NCBI GenBank assembly: GCA_965649825.1
Contig: OZ287697.1
Coordinates: 62,001-126,000 of the forward strand
Direction: 5' to 3'
Length of the DNA stretch: 64,000 nt
Source: Penicillus capitatus
Taxonomy: Eukaryota; Plantae; Chlorophyta
The notes beneath the pieces are model-generated. The model saw only the letters and a list, made by a program, of their open reading frames with translations, was not told where the DNA came from and made no database searches. Shown here piece after piece: positions 1 to 12,029 of the stretch; the stretch's first letter is position 1; each line of letters begins with the position of its first letter. The translations under genes and the position numbers were made by a program.

Positions 1-571
1 TTTCGAGGTTGAGAAGGGAGAGGGAATAGGCATTCTTCAATGCCATTGGCAGCGTTTTCAATGCATTGTCCGATGCCTCCAGTTTGGTCAGTTGGTATGC
101 CATGGAGCCAAATTCCAAAGGGAGTTCCGTGAGTTGATTGGATGCACAGGACAGACTGACAAGCGTACTCAATCGACTCATCTCGTCCGGCAGTTCCGTA
201 AATTTATTGTGTGAGATATCAATGGAACGCAGTTCACTGATGGTAAACAAATCGAGTGGCAGATGTCTCAACTGATTGTGACTGACATCAATCAGTTTCA
301 GTTCATAGAGCACTCCCAAGTCTTCAGGCAAGGATTCGAATTCATTATGAGACAAAACTAGCTGAACCAACTCCACTGTCTATAACCATCAACCGTGTGT
401 TTGCGTGAAGATAGAGGGACAGGTGAGGCGGTGTACATCGAAGAAATTGTCGCGTTGCGCACGGTTGTAGGCCTCAGACGGTAGAGATGTCAGTCCCTCT
501 CCGCGCAGATTGAGTGTTCCCGATTTTTTGGACGTCTCGACTTTGCGCATGAACGACACCGGCAGTGCCAT
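1..571 (-). CDS. Leucine-rich repeat protein, LRRC40-like (5' part; runs off the window start)
   Basis: Exon 1 is MALPVSFMRKVETSKKSGTLNLRGEGLTSLPSEAY. After a short intron the minus strand reads continuous LRRs (LVLSHNEFESLPEDLGVLYELKLIDVSHNQLRHLP...LSCASNQLTELP). Confidence 0.85.
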
Positions 572-648
572 GGAGTCCGTTTCCGATACGTTCTCGAAAA
601 GGCAAGAAGAACGCAGGAACGAACGTACACACGCAAGTCACTTCTCAA

Positions 649-1378
649 ATGCGTGCACGTTTTGTGGCGCAGCAATGCCGTCGGCTGTGCTCGTCGACAT
701 CTCAAGAGAGCTCGACAAGGACAGGCATCGTTGAGGCACTGGCCTCGGTCTCTAAGACATCCTCTGCCCAAGTTCCTGCTGTCGAAAGGCCTCAAGACAA
801 TCCGTCCTACATTCCTTGGACGCCAACAGATCGGCTGTCAAAGAAGAAGACCTACTTCAAACGCATGGCCTTCCTGATCGATGTACAAATCCATTCCCTC
901 CATAAAAGGATCATTGCAGAGATCAGCCCGCATCTGTGCTGCTGCATAGACATTGGAAAAAGAACAGGAGGCTGTTGCACAAACCAATCGTCCGACGCCA
1001 AAGTTCAATACGGGCGACACTCTTAAGCTGACATTGGTAATCGCTCAATTCCTCACTCTTGTCCGATCTCTCTCTATTCAGCGTTTGCCGGAGAATCAGA
1101 ACAAAGAGACCGAGTATACAGGGATCTGTATTGCCAAGAAGAACAAGGGCTATCGTTCCAGTTTTATTGTTCGCAAGACATGGCCGCCATCACAGGGTGT
1201 TGAAAGAACCTTTCCACTGTGCGGATATGTCCTCGTCTACATGAACCATTGCGACTGTCAGTGTGATTGGTGCAGATACTGTCCAACCATTCTCAAGATC
1301 GAGGTGATCGCGGAGAAGCGGCACAACAAAGCGAAACTCTATCATCTGAGAGAGAACACTAAAGCGACAGCTGTATAG
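649..1378 (+). CDS. RPL19: Organellar (probably mitochondrial) ribosomal protein L19, multi-exon
   Basis: L19 core KFNTGDTLKLTL...YTGICIAKKNKGYRSSFIVR...GVERTFPL...KAKLYHLR. ATG 649 begins an Arg-rich presequence (MRARFVAQQCRRLCS). Confidence 0.9.
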
Positions 1379-1421
1379 TCTATCGTCCATAAGGTGTGGA
1401 GTATTACATGTGCTGACGCAA

Positions 1422-3025
1422 ATGGTCGCGATTGCTCTATTGCATCGATACGCGGCACAACCGCTTGGCACTCGAACGCGTACGTCGTGGAAACGAGCAC
1501 TGCCGCATCTGCGCATACAAAAAGGCGACGTTCGGCGACATGCGATAAAAGATGGCGACGGCGTGGCGACGCACCAGTTTGAAGGACCATCGCCCAATCG
1601 ACGAACAGAAATCGATGAAGAAGGACAACAGAAGTGGATCGCACAGCTTCCCTTGAAGCGCATTGCCGCTTGGCTGTTCGTTGGATTTCTCGCACATCAG
1701 CTGAAAGATTTTTTCGGGGTGATTCCTTTTTTCTCATGGATCACTATGGACAGTGATTGTGCCTTGTCAGATTGCGATGGGTGCTTTTGTGATTTCGGCC
1801 ATCGGCAACAGCTTCGCCGATTCCAAACAGGCGGCAGCAGTCATCGGTGTTGTTCCCGCTCCACTTCGTCGACGTTTTTTGGTCCTTCTGTATTTCTCCA
1901 TCATTTTCTCTCTTCTCACTCTTTTTGGTAGAGTCTCTTCCTCTGATCATGCGGAGATGACTGTGAATTGGAGGTAGGGGCCGTGACCATTCCAGACATC
2001 GTCACCGAAGGCATCGATTTCGTAAACCGTTTGCAGAACGAGAACATCTGGACGGTGGTACTAGAGAAGATGCGTGCCGGTTTGGGGTGAGCTCCACCCA
2101 AATCAAAGGGATCTCAACGATCCAGGAGCGTCTAGGGATAAGATCATGAATCAGTTCGAGAACTTTGTGCTCTTGCTCAGCACAGAGAATATCGTTCAAT
2201 CAACCGGCGCTGCAGATGTGCAGGTAATATCCGAGAAGACCCATCCATCTCTTTAGACATATCTACACGGCGATGTGGATGTTTAGCAAGCATGGGGACC
2301 TGAACGCACGGCACAGTTAGGATTGGCCTTGCAGAAGCTCTTGAGAAGTTATACGGAAGCTGCTGTGAGTTTCACCACCAGTCTCCTCTCCTTTGTCACG
2401 CGTTTTGCTCTGCAAATGGTCGTCAGCCTCGTCTTGAGCTTCCTGTTGGTGTGGGATGCTCCACGTATTCGGGATGGCATTCGATCCCTAGAAAACTCAC
2501 GGCTTTCAGGCATCTACTCTGAAGTGGCCCCCAGCTTCACCGTCTTCTCGAGCCTTTTTGGCAAAGCCTTGCAAGCTCAGGTCATCCTCATTCTCCATAC
2601 CATGGAAGGCCTTGTGTACAAGAGTGCTGTCTGTCTGGCAGGCCACCATCTCGATCGTTAACACGGGTCTGACGCTGTTGGGTCTGTGGGCACTGCGTTT
2701 GCCCAACATCGGTTTCATGTCCCTGTTTGTCTTTATCTGTGGATTTATTCCGATCGCCGGCGTGTTTCTGTCGACACTGCCTATGGCATTCGTGGCGCTC
2801 ACCGAGTATGGATTCTCGACTCTAGCGGCCGTTTTGGTCATGGTTTCTGGAATACACTTTGTCGAAGCGTATGGTCTGAATCCCCTCATCTACTCTGCCC
2901 ATCTCAAACTCCATCCTCTGCTTGTCCTATCCGTCCTTGTCGTTGCAGAGCATTTGGTTGGCGTCTGGGGTCTCATGCTGGCCGTCCCAGCAACAGTATT
3001 TGCACTGGATTATGTCATCAAGTAA
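1422..3025 (+). CDS. AI-2E family (PerM/UPF0118) membrane transporter with probable plastid transit peptide
   Basis: C-terminal TM motif set FIPIAGVFLSTLP...IHFVEAYGLNPLIYSAHLKLHPLLVLSVLVVAEHLVGVWGLMLAVP; several short introns. Confidence 0.85.
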
Positions 3026-3192
3026 CATACTCCATCCGTATTGAGCATCTCTGGTCATCATCTCCTCTATGCTATTCCCACAGGTATCCCGACAGCAGTG
3101 TCCCTGAAATTGTGGCCAAAGAGTTAGATGCTGTACTTCCTGCCAAACCGTAGATTTCGCTAAGTCGAGACAACACAGAAGAATAGAGAAAC

Positions 3193-3981
3193 CTATTCAG
3201 ATGTATCCGAACGCGCCTTGTAAGCAACAAAACTATTCAATACCATCCACAGATCATTCTTAGCATCCTCCCATCGCGGCGTCGGACAGGAAGCCCTCAA
3301 GTAAAAAACGTTATTCGGTGTTGATGTGATCCCCAGTAGATGATGCCGACGAATCGTGGTCAGCTCATTGTCTTTGGCATCTTTGCAGGACTTCTTTCCT
3401 CCAAGTGCTTCAGTGACGAGCCCCTTGCATGTCTCCACACAATACTCGAGGACATAGACACTGGATGGCCCTTGAGCTGTGTCTCTGTAAGCACCGCTCA
3501 GTACTTCAAACTCCATGGATCCTGGAGATTGCCGGACGGGTTCCACGTCATCTTCTGCCAGCAATTTGAGATCCACCCCTTCTGTTCCTTTCGCCATCTG
3601 GAACTTCTCCACACTGAAGGTGTCAATGGTCAGAAAATTCCCAACAAACGCAATGGTCCCTTCCTTCATCGACTCTCCTCGTTCAAAGGCCACCAGCCAA
3701 GAGGAAGGATAGACAAACTCAAACCCTGCTGTTGATCTCAACACCTTGGTGCCATTTTCGCCATCGGTTGGCGGCGTGCGCTCGGCGACGCTCATCTCTT
3801 CGGCATGAGCGATGCGCAGCAGCTCGTTGCCGGTGCAGATGCCAATGGATACCAGAGCGGTTCGGCGACTGACCATTGCCTCTGGGCGATGACTGTGACC
3901 GCGTAGTTGTTTTCGATGCTGGGTTCTGACGACATGCGTCAACGAACGCGTCAGCGAGGGACGGTATCGACAGAGACACAT
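3193..3981 (-). CDS. PsbP-domain thylakoid lumen protein
   Basis: Single ORF with a transit peptide, twin-Arg signal (VSRRTALVSIG...AHA), FEFVYPSSW and C-terminal YLRASCPTPRWEDAKNDLWMVLNSF. Confidence 0.8.
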   Translation of the reverse strand: MCLCRYRPSLTRSLTHVVRTQHRKQLRGHSHRPEAMVSRRTALVSIGICTGNELLRIAHAEEMSVAERTPPTDGENGTKVLRSTAGFEFVYPSSWLVAFERGESMKEGTIAFVGNFLTIDTFSVEKFQMAKGTEGVDLKLLAEDDVEPVRQSPGSMEFEVLSGAYRDTAQGPSSVYVLEYCVETCKGLVTEALGGKKSCKDAKDNELTTIRRHHLLGITSTPNNVFYLRASCPTPRWEDAKNDLWMVLNSFVAYKARSDTSE

Positions 3982-4000
3982 TGTGTGTCGATCTCCTCCA

Positions 4001-4963
4001 ATGACACCCTCTGAGTGGATCCGATCTCTCAATCGATCAAGGCCGTGTGAATGTGACCGTCGTCGCATCCGAATGTTCTGCTTTCCTCCAGCTGGATATG
4101 GATCCTGGATCTACCACAGTTGGATGGAATCTCTTGGGCATCTGGTCAAGATTGTGCCTCTTGAGTACCCAGGTGCAGAGAATAGATCATCACGCAGAAG
4201 GTGATCTCAGATATGTGTATAGGAAAGAATTCACGACTGCATGAGAAACCTGTGGAGGATCTCGCTGTTCTGGCCGATGCGTTTTTTCAAATCCTTAGAT
4301 CGGAGGTCAACACGGGACCGTATGTGGTTTTTGGCCACAGTATGGGAGCATGGATTGCTTACGAAGTTCTACGGAGAATCGATGCCGAAGATCTCTGTCT
4401 GCCACTCAAGTTCTATGCATCGGGGAACAGATCACCCATCTTCTATGGCAAGGAGTTTGACACAGATCCCACATGCCTCGGCAGTCTGTCGTTTTCCAAT
4501 TTCTGGGAGGCCTTTGAAAGGTGGGAAGATCTTGATGCCCATAGTGTGCTCCTGTGATGATGCCAGGCGTTATGGTTTGAATGAGAACTTACAGAACAAG
4601 AACATTCGCCGATTTGTCTACCCGAGCTTCAAAGCGGATTATAAGATGATCGAAAGCTACGTCCTCAATGGCGATGCCAGTAGGCTTCCCATCTGCAAGG
4701 CAGCTGGGTGTCCTATAGAAGACGCCGTGTGCTCAGGGACTGTTCGAATTCACTGTCCGATTCATGCATTGAGTGGAGAAAGAGATCAAAGAGTGACGCG
4801 TATTGGATTGGATGGATGGAAACATGTGACATCCTCCACCTTCTCCCTGCATCGATGTGCCGGATGCGACCATGACTGCATCCACCGGAACAATGCGGCG
4901 TTACTCAAGTTCTTGAAAGCGGATTTGACACAAGTACACAGAGACCACATCATTGAAGCTTGA
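4001..4963 (+). CDS. Stand-alone type II thioesterase (GrsT-like alpha/beta hydrolase)
   Basis: RMFCFPPAGYGSWIYHSW, VPLEYPG, nucleophile motif VFGHSMGAWIAYE, KADYKMIESY, IHALSGERD, C-terminal His region GCDHDC. Confidence 0.85.
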
Positions 4964-4967
4964 TCCG

Positions 4968-6433
4968 TCAGTCCTGTATAAACGCAGAGATCCTTTGTAT
5001 ACGTGTCATACAGTAATGGTCTGCTCTAGGTGAGATGCAATGCGATAGACGTCTTTTTAGAGCTGAGTACCAATCATATGGATTCCTTGGAAGGGAGCGT
5101 AGCTTGAAGAAGTTTAATGTCTTCGATACTGTCCTGTCTCTTGGCCCGTGACGTCTATTCTCTTTCCACACAGACTCAGATTGTTGACTGAGTTGGCGTC
5201 ATCGTCATCAGCTTTTCTCTCCTCCGTGTCTGGCTCCTCCATCTGATTCCATTCTCATTCGCAGGCATACCATGGCATGGTTACCTGATAGGTATGATTG
5301 GATGAAAGGAACGTCCTGGTGTTGAAAGACTCCTTGCCGCAGTGTTGACTACACCCTTGTCGTTTCCAGTCCTTCATACAGGTCAGTTGGATGGTGTTCA
5401 TAGATTTCAGGATGTTATCCATATTGCATACATTGACGAACTTCATCGAATCTGTCCATGAACGATCGACGATGCACACCGAGAATAGGCAAAGCATCCA
5501 TCATCTTACGCGAGTCGTGGATATTGGACAGATGTTGCACGAAGTTGTTTTGGAGTCGCTCCTCTTCGGCACAGACGTCTCGGTCAAACCATCTCCGACG
5601 GGAGCCCGTCTTTGAAGCTGCGACTTGACTCTTCTTGTCATGCAGCACATGTCAGATATCTTGCATGGTGTCATGTGCCGTCTCCTCTACCCTACCTCGG
5701 GTAACGGACTGCTTCGAGTCACTCCATCTTCCTCTCGCGGTAGATGAGGGACTGCGGTGCTCTCCGTTTCGCCAATTTCCTCTTGCCTGACAGCGACAGT
5801 TCTGCAAGAGGAATGCCGTTCACTGCTGGTCGCATGTACAGCAGCACGAGCCATACATCTTCCTTCCTGCCATCTCTAAGAGTCATCATGTCAACTGAAC
5901 AGTGAGGGTACGAGAATTGAGGACCCTGTTGGCAATTGTCTGCGTCGTACGAGGCGTCCATTTGATCTTACGCGGCGACGATTTTGCCGATTCTCTCCCT
6001 GGGCCAGCAGCGGAATGAGGGCACAATCTTGGAAGGAGGAAAACATCATCGAGTGTCTCAGGAATCGGAGATGGTCCGGACAGCAACGCCGGCAAATCCC
6101 AAATCTGTTCAAAACCACCCACCCGCATCTTCCGACCACAGAGTCCGTCATTCAACCGACACCTGCTGAGAAGCATTTCTCCATGGCTCGAGGGTCCATG
6201 TCTCTTCCGAGTTGTCAACGTCCGGCGATGTCGTCAACAGAGATCTAGTCCTGGCACCTTTCGCATGCGAACCACATCGACGGCGACGGAGTGCACTCGA
6301 ACGCTTCGATACGTATTCCCGTAAATCCGCCGATCTGTGCCGTTACTCTCATCTCAGTCCATGAGACACTTGGAGGACACCTCCCAAGGCGATCGTCAAT
6401 CGATTCGGCAGGCGATGCGTTCGGCGTCTCCAT
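4968..6433 (-). CDS. Hypothetical multi-exon protein
   Basis: The first three exons splice in frame at GT-AG sites (METPNASPAESIDDRLGR/SADLREYV...NASQQ/IWDLPALL...). The 3' end is uncertain and no family was recognised. Confidence 0.45.
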
Positions 6434-6517
6434 GACACATGAACGGTGCGCGCACCGATCTCGATTGGACGGGACATCTGCAAAGAGTGTCTCTTCAGCA
6501 CCCCTTCCACCGGCGCC

Positions 6518-7447
6518 ATGATCTCCACAGCCACTTCTGCATCGCGTTCGACAACCATCCGACTCCGTGGCATCTCTGCGTCCCTCTCATGGAAGCCTCT
6601 CACCCGGCAGCGCGCTTCCCCGTCTGCCCCGTTTCGACAGAGGCGCCTATCGCCTAGTAAAGGGATCGAGTCGTGGAGACTTTATGCCTCGGAAGTTGAC
6701 GATGAGGTGGAAATCGTCGAAGAGGCTGACCTGGATTCCAGTTACCTTGCTGTTCTCTCTCGGGAAGATCTCCCAAAGGGACAGCGTCGGGAAGTGATGG
6801 TGGATGGAAATCGGATTGTGGTGTTTTGGTATCGAAATGAGATCGTTGCCTGCGAATCGAGATCTCCTGCCGAAGGAGCCTTCTCCACAGGTTTCGTGAA
6901 TGCCAATTTTACAGAAGACTACGGTATTATCTGTCCCGGCACCAATACCGTATTCTCACTCAAAACGGGTGAGATTCTGGAATGGTATCCCACAAATGTC
7001 GTGCTGCGGTCCATTATCCCCCAAGACACCTGTCGCAATTTGGAAGTCTATCCAGTCAAGATCACCAAGGACGCCATTTACATCTCATTCAAATCTGGAA
7101 ATCAAGGAGGCGTACGGACCATGAGATCAAGGGGTGGGGCCAAAACCTCCTTGGAAGAGAACAATGTGTTTGGACTGGAGCCCCGTGTCTACTATGAAGG
7201 TTCAGAAGCTGGAAGTCAGTCTGTCGAGAAGACGACATCAGCATCCAGTCTGCAGGGAATGAATCCTGCGACGGTGTTGATTGGGACCATCGCCGTCGCC
7301 ATCGTGGCCGTTTCCGGAACGGCTTTGGCTATTTATTATGAGTCTATTCCTGGATTGATTGTTTTTTGGGTGGTGCTCTTTGGAATTGTGGCCTACACCA
7401 TTTCCCAAACACTCGGTATTTTTGAAGAGAAACCCTCATCCTCTTGA
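6518..7447 (+). CDS. PSB33: PSB33/TEF5-like Rieske-fold thylakoid protein
   Basis: Intronless. Rieske-like domain with ESRSPAEGAF in place of the Fe-S ligand motif, C-terminal TM helices and an N-terminal transit peptide. Confidence 0.85.
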   Translation: MISTATSASRSTTIRLRGISASLSWKPLTRQRASPSAPFRQRRLSPSKGIESWRLYASEVDDEVEIVEEADLDSSYLAVLSREDLPKGQRREVMVDGNRIVVFWYRNEIVACESRSPAEGAFSTGFVNANFTEDYGIICPGTNTVFSLKTGEILEWYPTNVVLRSIIPQDTCRNLEVYPVKITKDAIYISFKSGNQGGVRTMRSRGGAKTSLEENNVFGLEPRVYYEGSEAGSQSVEKTTSASSLQGMNPATVLIGTIAVAIVAVSGTALAIYYESIPGLIVFWVVLFGIVAYTISQTLGIFEEKPSSS

Positions 7448-7603
7448 ATGGATCTTCTGTGAAGAGAAGGGACAAACGGCACAGCGCCTTGTTTTGCAAT
7501 GCTTTATTGTTTATTCTTGACAGAGAGCCCTTTCGTGAAATCTACCCAAGCGGGCAAGGTCTGTCATATGTGTACAGTATCTTAGGCCGAGAGAGGACAC
7601 AGA

Positions 7604-9093
7604 CTATGGTGATAGCAGGTTGGCACAATGACGTAGATAATCTTCACGGACACGCATGAAACATTCAAGGGAGCAAGAATCTTGAGTTCTTGTGCCGCTT
7701 GAGGTCGCTTGTTTGAAGATGTCTTCGAAGGTGGCATCGCTAATCTCTATTTTAGACTTGGACAGGATGTCTCTCATCTCTTTCTTGCTGCGCAGCTGCA
7801 ACAAACCACACGTACAGATTGACCATTTCTCCTTGAGTGGCTTCTCTGCGGAAACCGACTGGACCTTGATGCAATGATCGGCGTCCAGTCCCAATCCCAC
7901 ACACCGTGGAGGCGAAATCAGCCAATCAACGCTGATTTCTCTCTTCTGTTGGACAGATTCTTTTGAACCAGACAGGTGAGTGGTGTCAGGAGAAAGCGTC
8001 TCCTGCATAGCATCAGCGGTAACTGCACTCTGCGGAGATGATGATGGACCTTTCGTCTGGATGGCATGTGAATGGCGTGGTTTTCTTCGCCACCGTGTCG
8101 CAACAGTTCGGCCATCTTGTTTTCTTCTCTCTTGGTCAATCGTCCGTGGACAACATTCGGATCCACGAATGCCCTGAGAATAAATACTGAGAAGCGGGAC
8201 ATGGTACTGGCAGACGCCGCCACACCCGGGTGTGATTGGGTGCGTCCTTCCTAACGGAATCTCCATCGTGCTACGGAAAGGACAACTGCCATTCTAAACA
8301 CCAGATCGCACGATTGAAGCATTTTATCTGATAGCAAGATCCACATACCTTGTCTCCGCTGGGCGCCATATATGTCAGCGCCTCTTTCACTGTCGCACGA
8401 GTTTCTGCCTTTGCAGACGGATGGTACGATGGGCACCCAAAACGGTGCGTCGCGAGATCGATGCCAGTTCGCTCCCAGTCCATTGTCGAACGTCGGCAAG
8501 TGTCTTCAGCTACATCCAACACTAGGGTGACATTCATGCACATGAACGCATCACACGAGTCTACATTCTTCTCCGTGTGGCTCAGAAAGATCAAAGATGT
8601 CCTGGGACCGGCAGGAAGAGCATTCACTGAAGTCCTTGCGATTTTCTCACCTCGTTTCGCGTCGTCATACCGAAAGGGATTTCGGTGCCCAGTCCTCCCG
8701 GAATGTCGAATCCCCGTTGATACGAGCGTCCTAGCGGACGACGCTTCGAACTGCGAACAAACAACGATCCTTTTCATGCAACTTCATGTTTCCAGGCGCA
8801 GTACCTATCGTATATCGCTTCCTTAACGTCTTCGATGCGCTGAAAAACGTCAGATCTCCGCGAGCAGCTCATGGAGTGCACTGCAAAATCGTCGGTCTGC
8901 GCAACCCCGAATGGAGATCGATGTGTGACGACGGCACGAAACTTGTCGCCTTTAGAATGACAAATCCGGTCGATTCATGCACCGACGAAGGAGAGAGATT
9001 CACGATGTGCTTGCCCTTAACCACGCGATACAATTGCCTCGGAAGAATCGCATCAGCACCTGCACTATGGTGGCGCAGGAACAGAGACTTCAT
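7604..9093 (-). CDS. EFHB: EFHB (CFAP21)-like ciliary protein, multi-exon; 5' end approximate
   Basis: Spliced EAIYDSSKRRPLGRSYQRGFDIPGGLGTEIPFG; DWERTGIDLATHRFG; C-terminal RSKKEMRDIL...FEDIF...CSLECF. Confidence 0.6.
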
Positions 9094-9493
9094 TCGGCAT
9101 CACGGATAAACAACAAGTGAAAAGTCGCTGAAACGCACACACCGTCGCTTGCTGTGTGTCATCGTCATCTCCACTCTCTATCGCTCATCTTGTCAACCGT
9201 TCTCCCCTGTCGAACACGGATCCACGCATTTGGCCCATCTCTGAGGCGTAGCGTACAGAACGGCTGCTCTTATCGTGTCAAGCAGAAGAAGGAGCAAACA
9301 CCTTCTTCTAGGCGACCGTCCTGACGCCGACACTTATTGTGCATCTGACGTCACTTCAGACATCTGCGCGACAACTCGAAGCAAATTAATGCCGGCGACG
9401 TTTGCCCCTTGTTCCGTCCATCGACTCTAGCAGCCACAGCCGGACAGCGTTTTGACGTGCATCGTCTTGTTTCCGTCATAGAATCGGGTTCTC

Positions 9494-11424
9494 ATGCTCT
9501 CCATCCTCGAGAAAGTCATCCACGACTTCCAAGATGAGATTGACGGCCTTAAGCACGAGCGAGTTCGAACATAGACGTCATGACATGCCGTCTCTCACTT
9601 GTTCTCTGTCCTTGCGTGCTGTACAGTTTTCGAGTCTGCGGTTCGCTCTGAAAAAGATACTTCGATCTTTAAAAACGGTGGACGAGGTCGTATGGGATGG
9701 CTATGGAGAGGATACAGTGCTGAAGGCGGAGTTGCTTAACATTCTGTCCGAGGCCGAGGCGGAAATCGGAGCTCTATTGCGATCACAGCACAGCAGACTG
9801 CGCCCAAAATCTGATCGCCATCATCAATGCATCACATCTCTACTCATTCGACTCGCCGTAATGAAACAGGACATTGATTGGGGGAATCACGTGTGCTATG
9901 TGTGCATGGCTGTATCAGGGATACAAAGATGAGCTGCGTCCCCCAACTGCTTTGCCCAGAATGAACAGTTTCCGTATCCCACTTTTCACAAGGTGCGAAA
10001 AGAGTGAGAGGGATTCTCTCTTGAGTGTGTGAGATATGGTGAACAGGTCTGACTCGTTTCGTTCTGTAAACTACGAACGACATGATAACGAACGGGATGA
10101 TGACCAAGAAGGAACTGTCAAATGTCTTTCTGTTGATGTCGAACGCGAACGTATTAAAGCAACGATGGAGATCAGACCACCACCAGCAGCACCAAGTACC
10201 GACTGAGCTCTTAAGGAGAAGGTTCTTTTTCTGATGGAATGGATCAGATCCGAGTCGTCCGTCAGCTCCTGTGCGATCCGGCCCGCCTCCACCGCCTCCA
10301 CCAGGAAAGGGATCTGAAAAGTCTAAGAAAAAGCCAGAGATTCAGCGGTTACCCATGGTTGTGACGCTCTGGGGACGTGCTTGTGCATGACATGTATGTG
10401 CGTTCGAGGTCGTCAAGTTGTTTCATAGTTTTCGATCGAAGACAGCCGAGCCGACAGCTTCCAAGAAGAAGCTGCCAGTGCCGAATGTCCGAGATAGCAA
10501 TCCAGCTGCTGTCATTCAGGAGCTGATGTCCAGGTCCCAACACGCACAGAAAATAAACAAGGAAGGTGGGTACTGGCAATCCACTGATCTCTGATCAAAC
10601 GGCGGCTGTTTGCAGTGGAGATGCATAACGAGACAATCAAACAATGGGCTTGTCAAATAAACACCGCGCAATTCCAGACAATGGATGAAGTGGCTGCTTT
10701 TGTGGATAGAATGGATGCAGACATGATGGCAACGTTGACGGACGAAGTCGTCATTCTCAGACGTGTTGGAGAATGGCCAAAACGGTGTGTCCTCATCCAT
10801 ATAGACATACCATCTCGTCACTCTTTACCCTGTGCATTCACAGGTATGATACACTGCGCGAAGCAAATGCCTCGTGGAAACAGCTGAAAGACATGGAATC
10901 GACCTTGGTCAATTGGTCGTTCCGTGAGAAGAACGGAATAGAAATAGAGCTTAAGAGAATACAAGATCATCTGGAGAAGATAGATGCCAAAATACAGTCC
11001 ATGATGCGGTTGCACCAGAGCGAAGAGTCAAAGTACAGAGAAGCCAGAGTGCCATGGACAGCACGACTCTTCGACGGTGTCAAACTCGCAGCACTGGTAC
11101 CCATTGAAGTGTACCTCACAAAGGCACATGAGCATTCTTCAAAACTCGCATCTGCAGAGAAGCAGAAAAGACTCTTCTCAAGTCATCTCTCTCATTGCTT
11201 GTTCCGACAGCAATCCCTCTGCTGTGCTGTGTCTTGTAGATTGCGCATTGTTTGCTTTTAAAGGGCACCAGTTTGTAGGAGGTTTCAACGAATCATGTAC
11301 ACAGGCCTTCACTCAAATAGAGAGAGCTGCTCAATCAGTGATGACCGCCTGTTCACACAACGAGTTTCATTTACCCTTTTCGCCTAAGAACTGTGTCGCA
11401 CAATCGTCATTGTCGTCAACCTAA
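9494..11424 (+). CDS. CHUP1/IPGA1-like protein (coiled coil, Pro-rich patch, CHUP1-type C-terminal domain)
   Basis: Spliced IQELMSRSQHAQKINKEVEMHNETIKQWACQINTAQFQTMDEVAAFVDRMD...LTDEVVILRRVGEWP..YDTLREA...VPW...GVKLAALVPIEVYL is colinear with the CHUP1 C-terminal consensus (VETQGDFI...AAFSDIEDVVPFVKWLD...DERAVLKHFEWP..KADALREA...IKLASVKLAMKYM). Confidence 0.7.
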
Positions 11425-12029
11425 AGCCCACAGTTCCAATGCCTATAGCTTTTCTTCTTTTTTCTTCTGACGAGAACCATCCATACCTGACTGTTTTTCG
11501 CCCTGACTGTTTTCTTTGGCGAATGCTTTCGTACTTTACTGGTGTCTTGTTGTGACGCCCCAACGTCTGCATAATGGCGGATTTCTGAAGTCTTCGATTT
11601 CGTTACCTGTAAACTCCGGCACCTCAAAGTACCTTTCGTTCATATTGACACATTTAGCAATCCTGCCTTACTATTACAGATTGACTGCCTTGATTCCATT
11701 GTTTGTTTCTACATGACGATTTGTCTTACGCTGCAGATAGACAATTGTTGGCGGTTCATCTGCAATGATAGTTTCCGTTGCAATGAGGTAGATGGTGCAC
11801 GTCGATTGCTGTTTCATTGGCGATACGATCATGATCGTATGGCCTTCCCCCCAAAGGCATTGTCCGTGTCGACCCTTTCGATAATAACGACGGCCAAGTG
11901 GATACCGCGTCTCCGTGTGCTTGTAACAGAGGCCTCATGTAATTCATTTGATATTGGGTTTCTTAGCTAGTCTTTGGAAATAACAGGCAAACAGGCCTAT
12001 ACTCAGATAATATAGTCAGCGATAAGACA

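Noticed and set aside
6518-7447. Rieske domain lacking Fe-S ligands as a novelty
   Set aside because: This is the known state of the PSB33/TEF5 family.
11430-12000. Possible small Cys-containing gene between the CHUP1-like gene and DLST
   Set aside because: A plausible intron exists, but there is no convincing start or homology.
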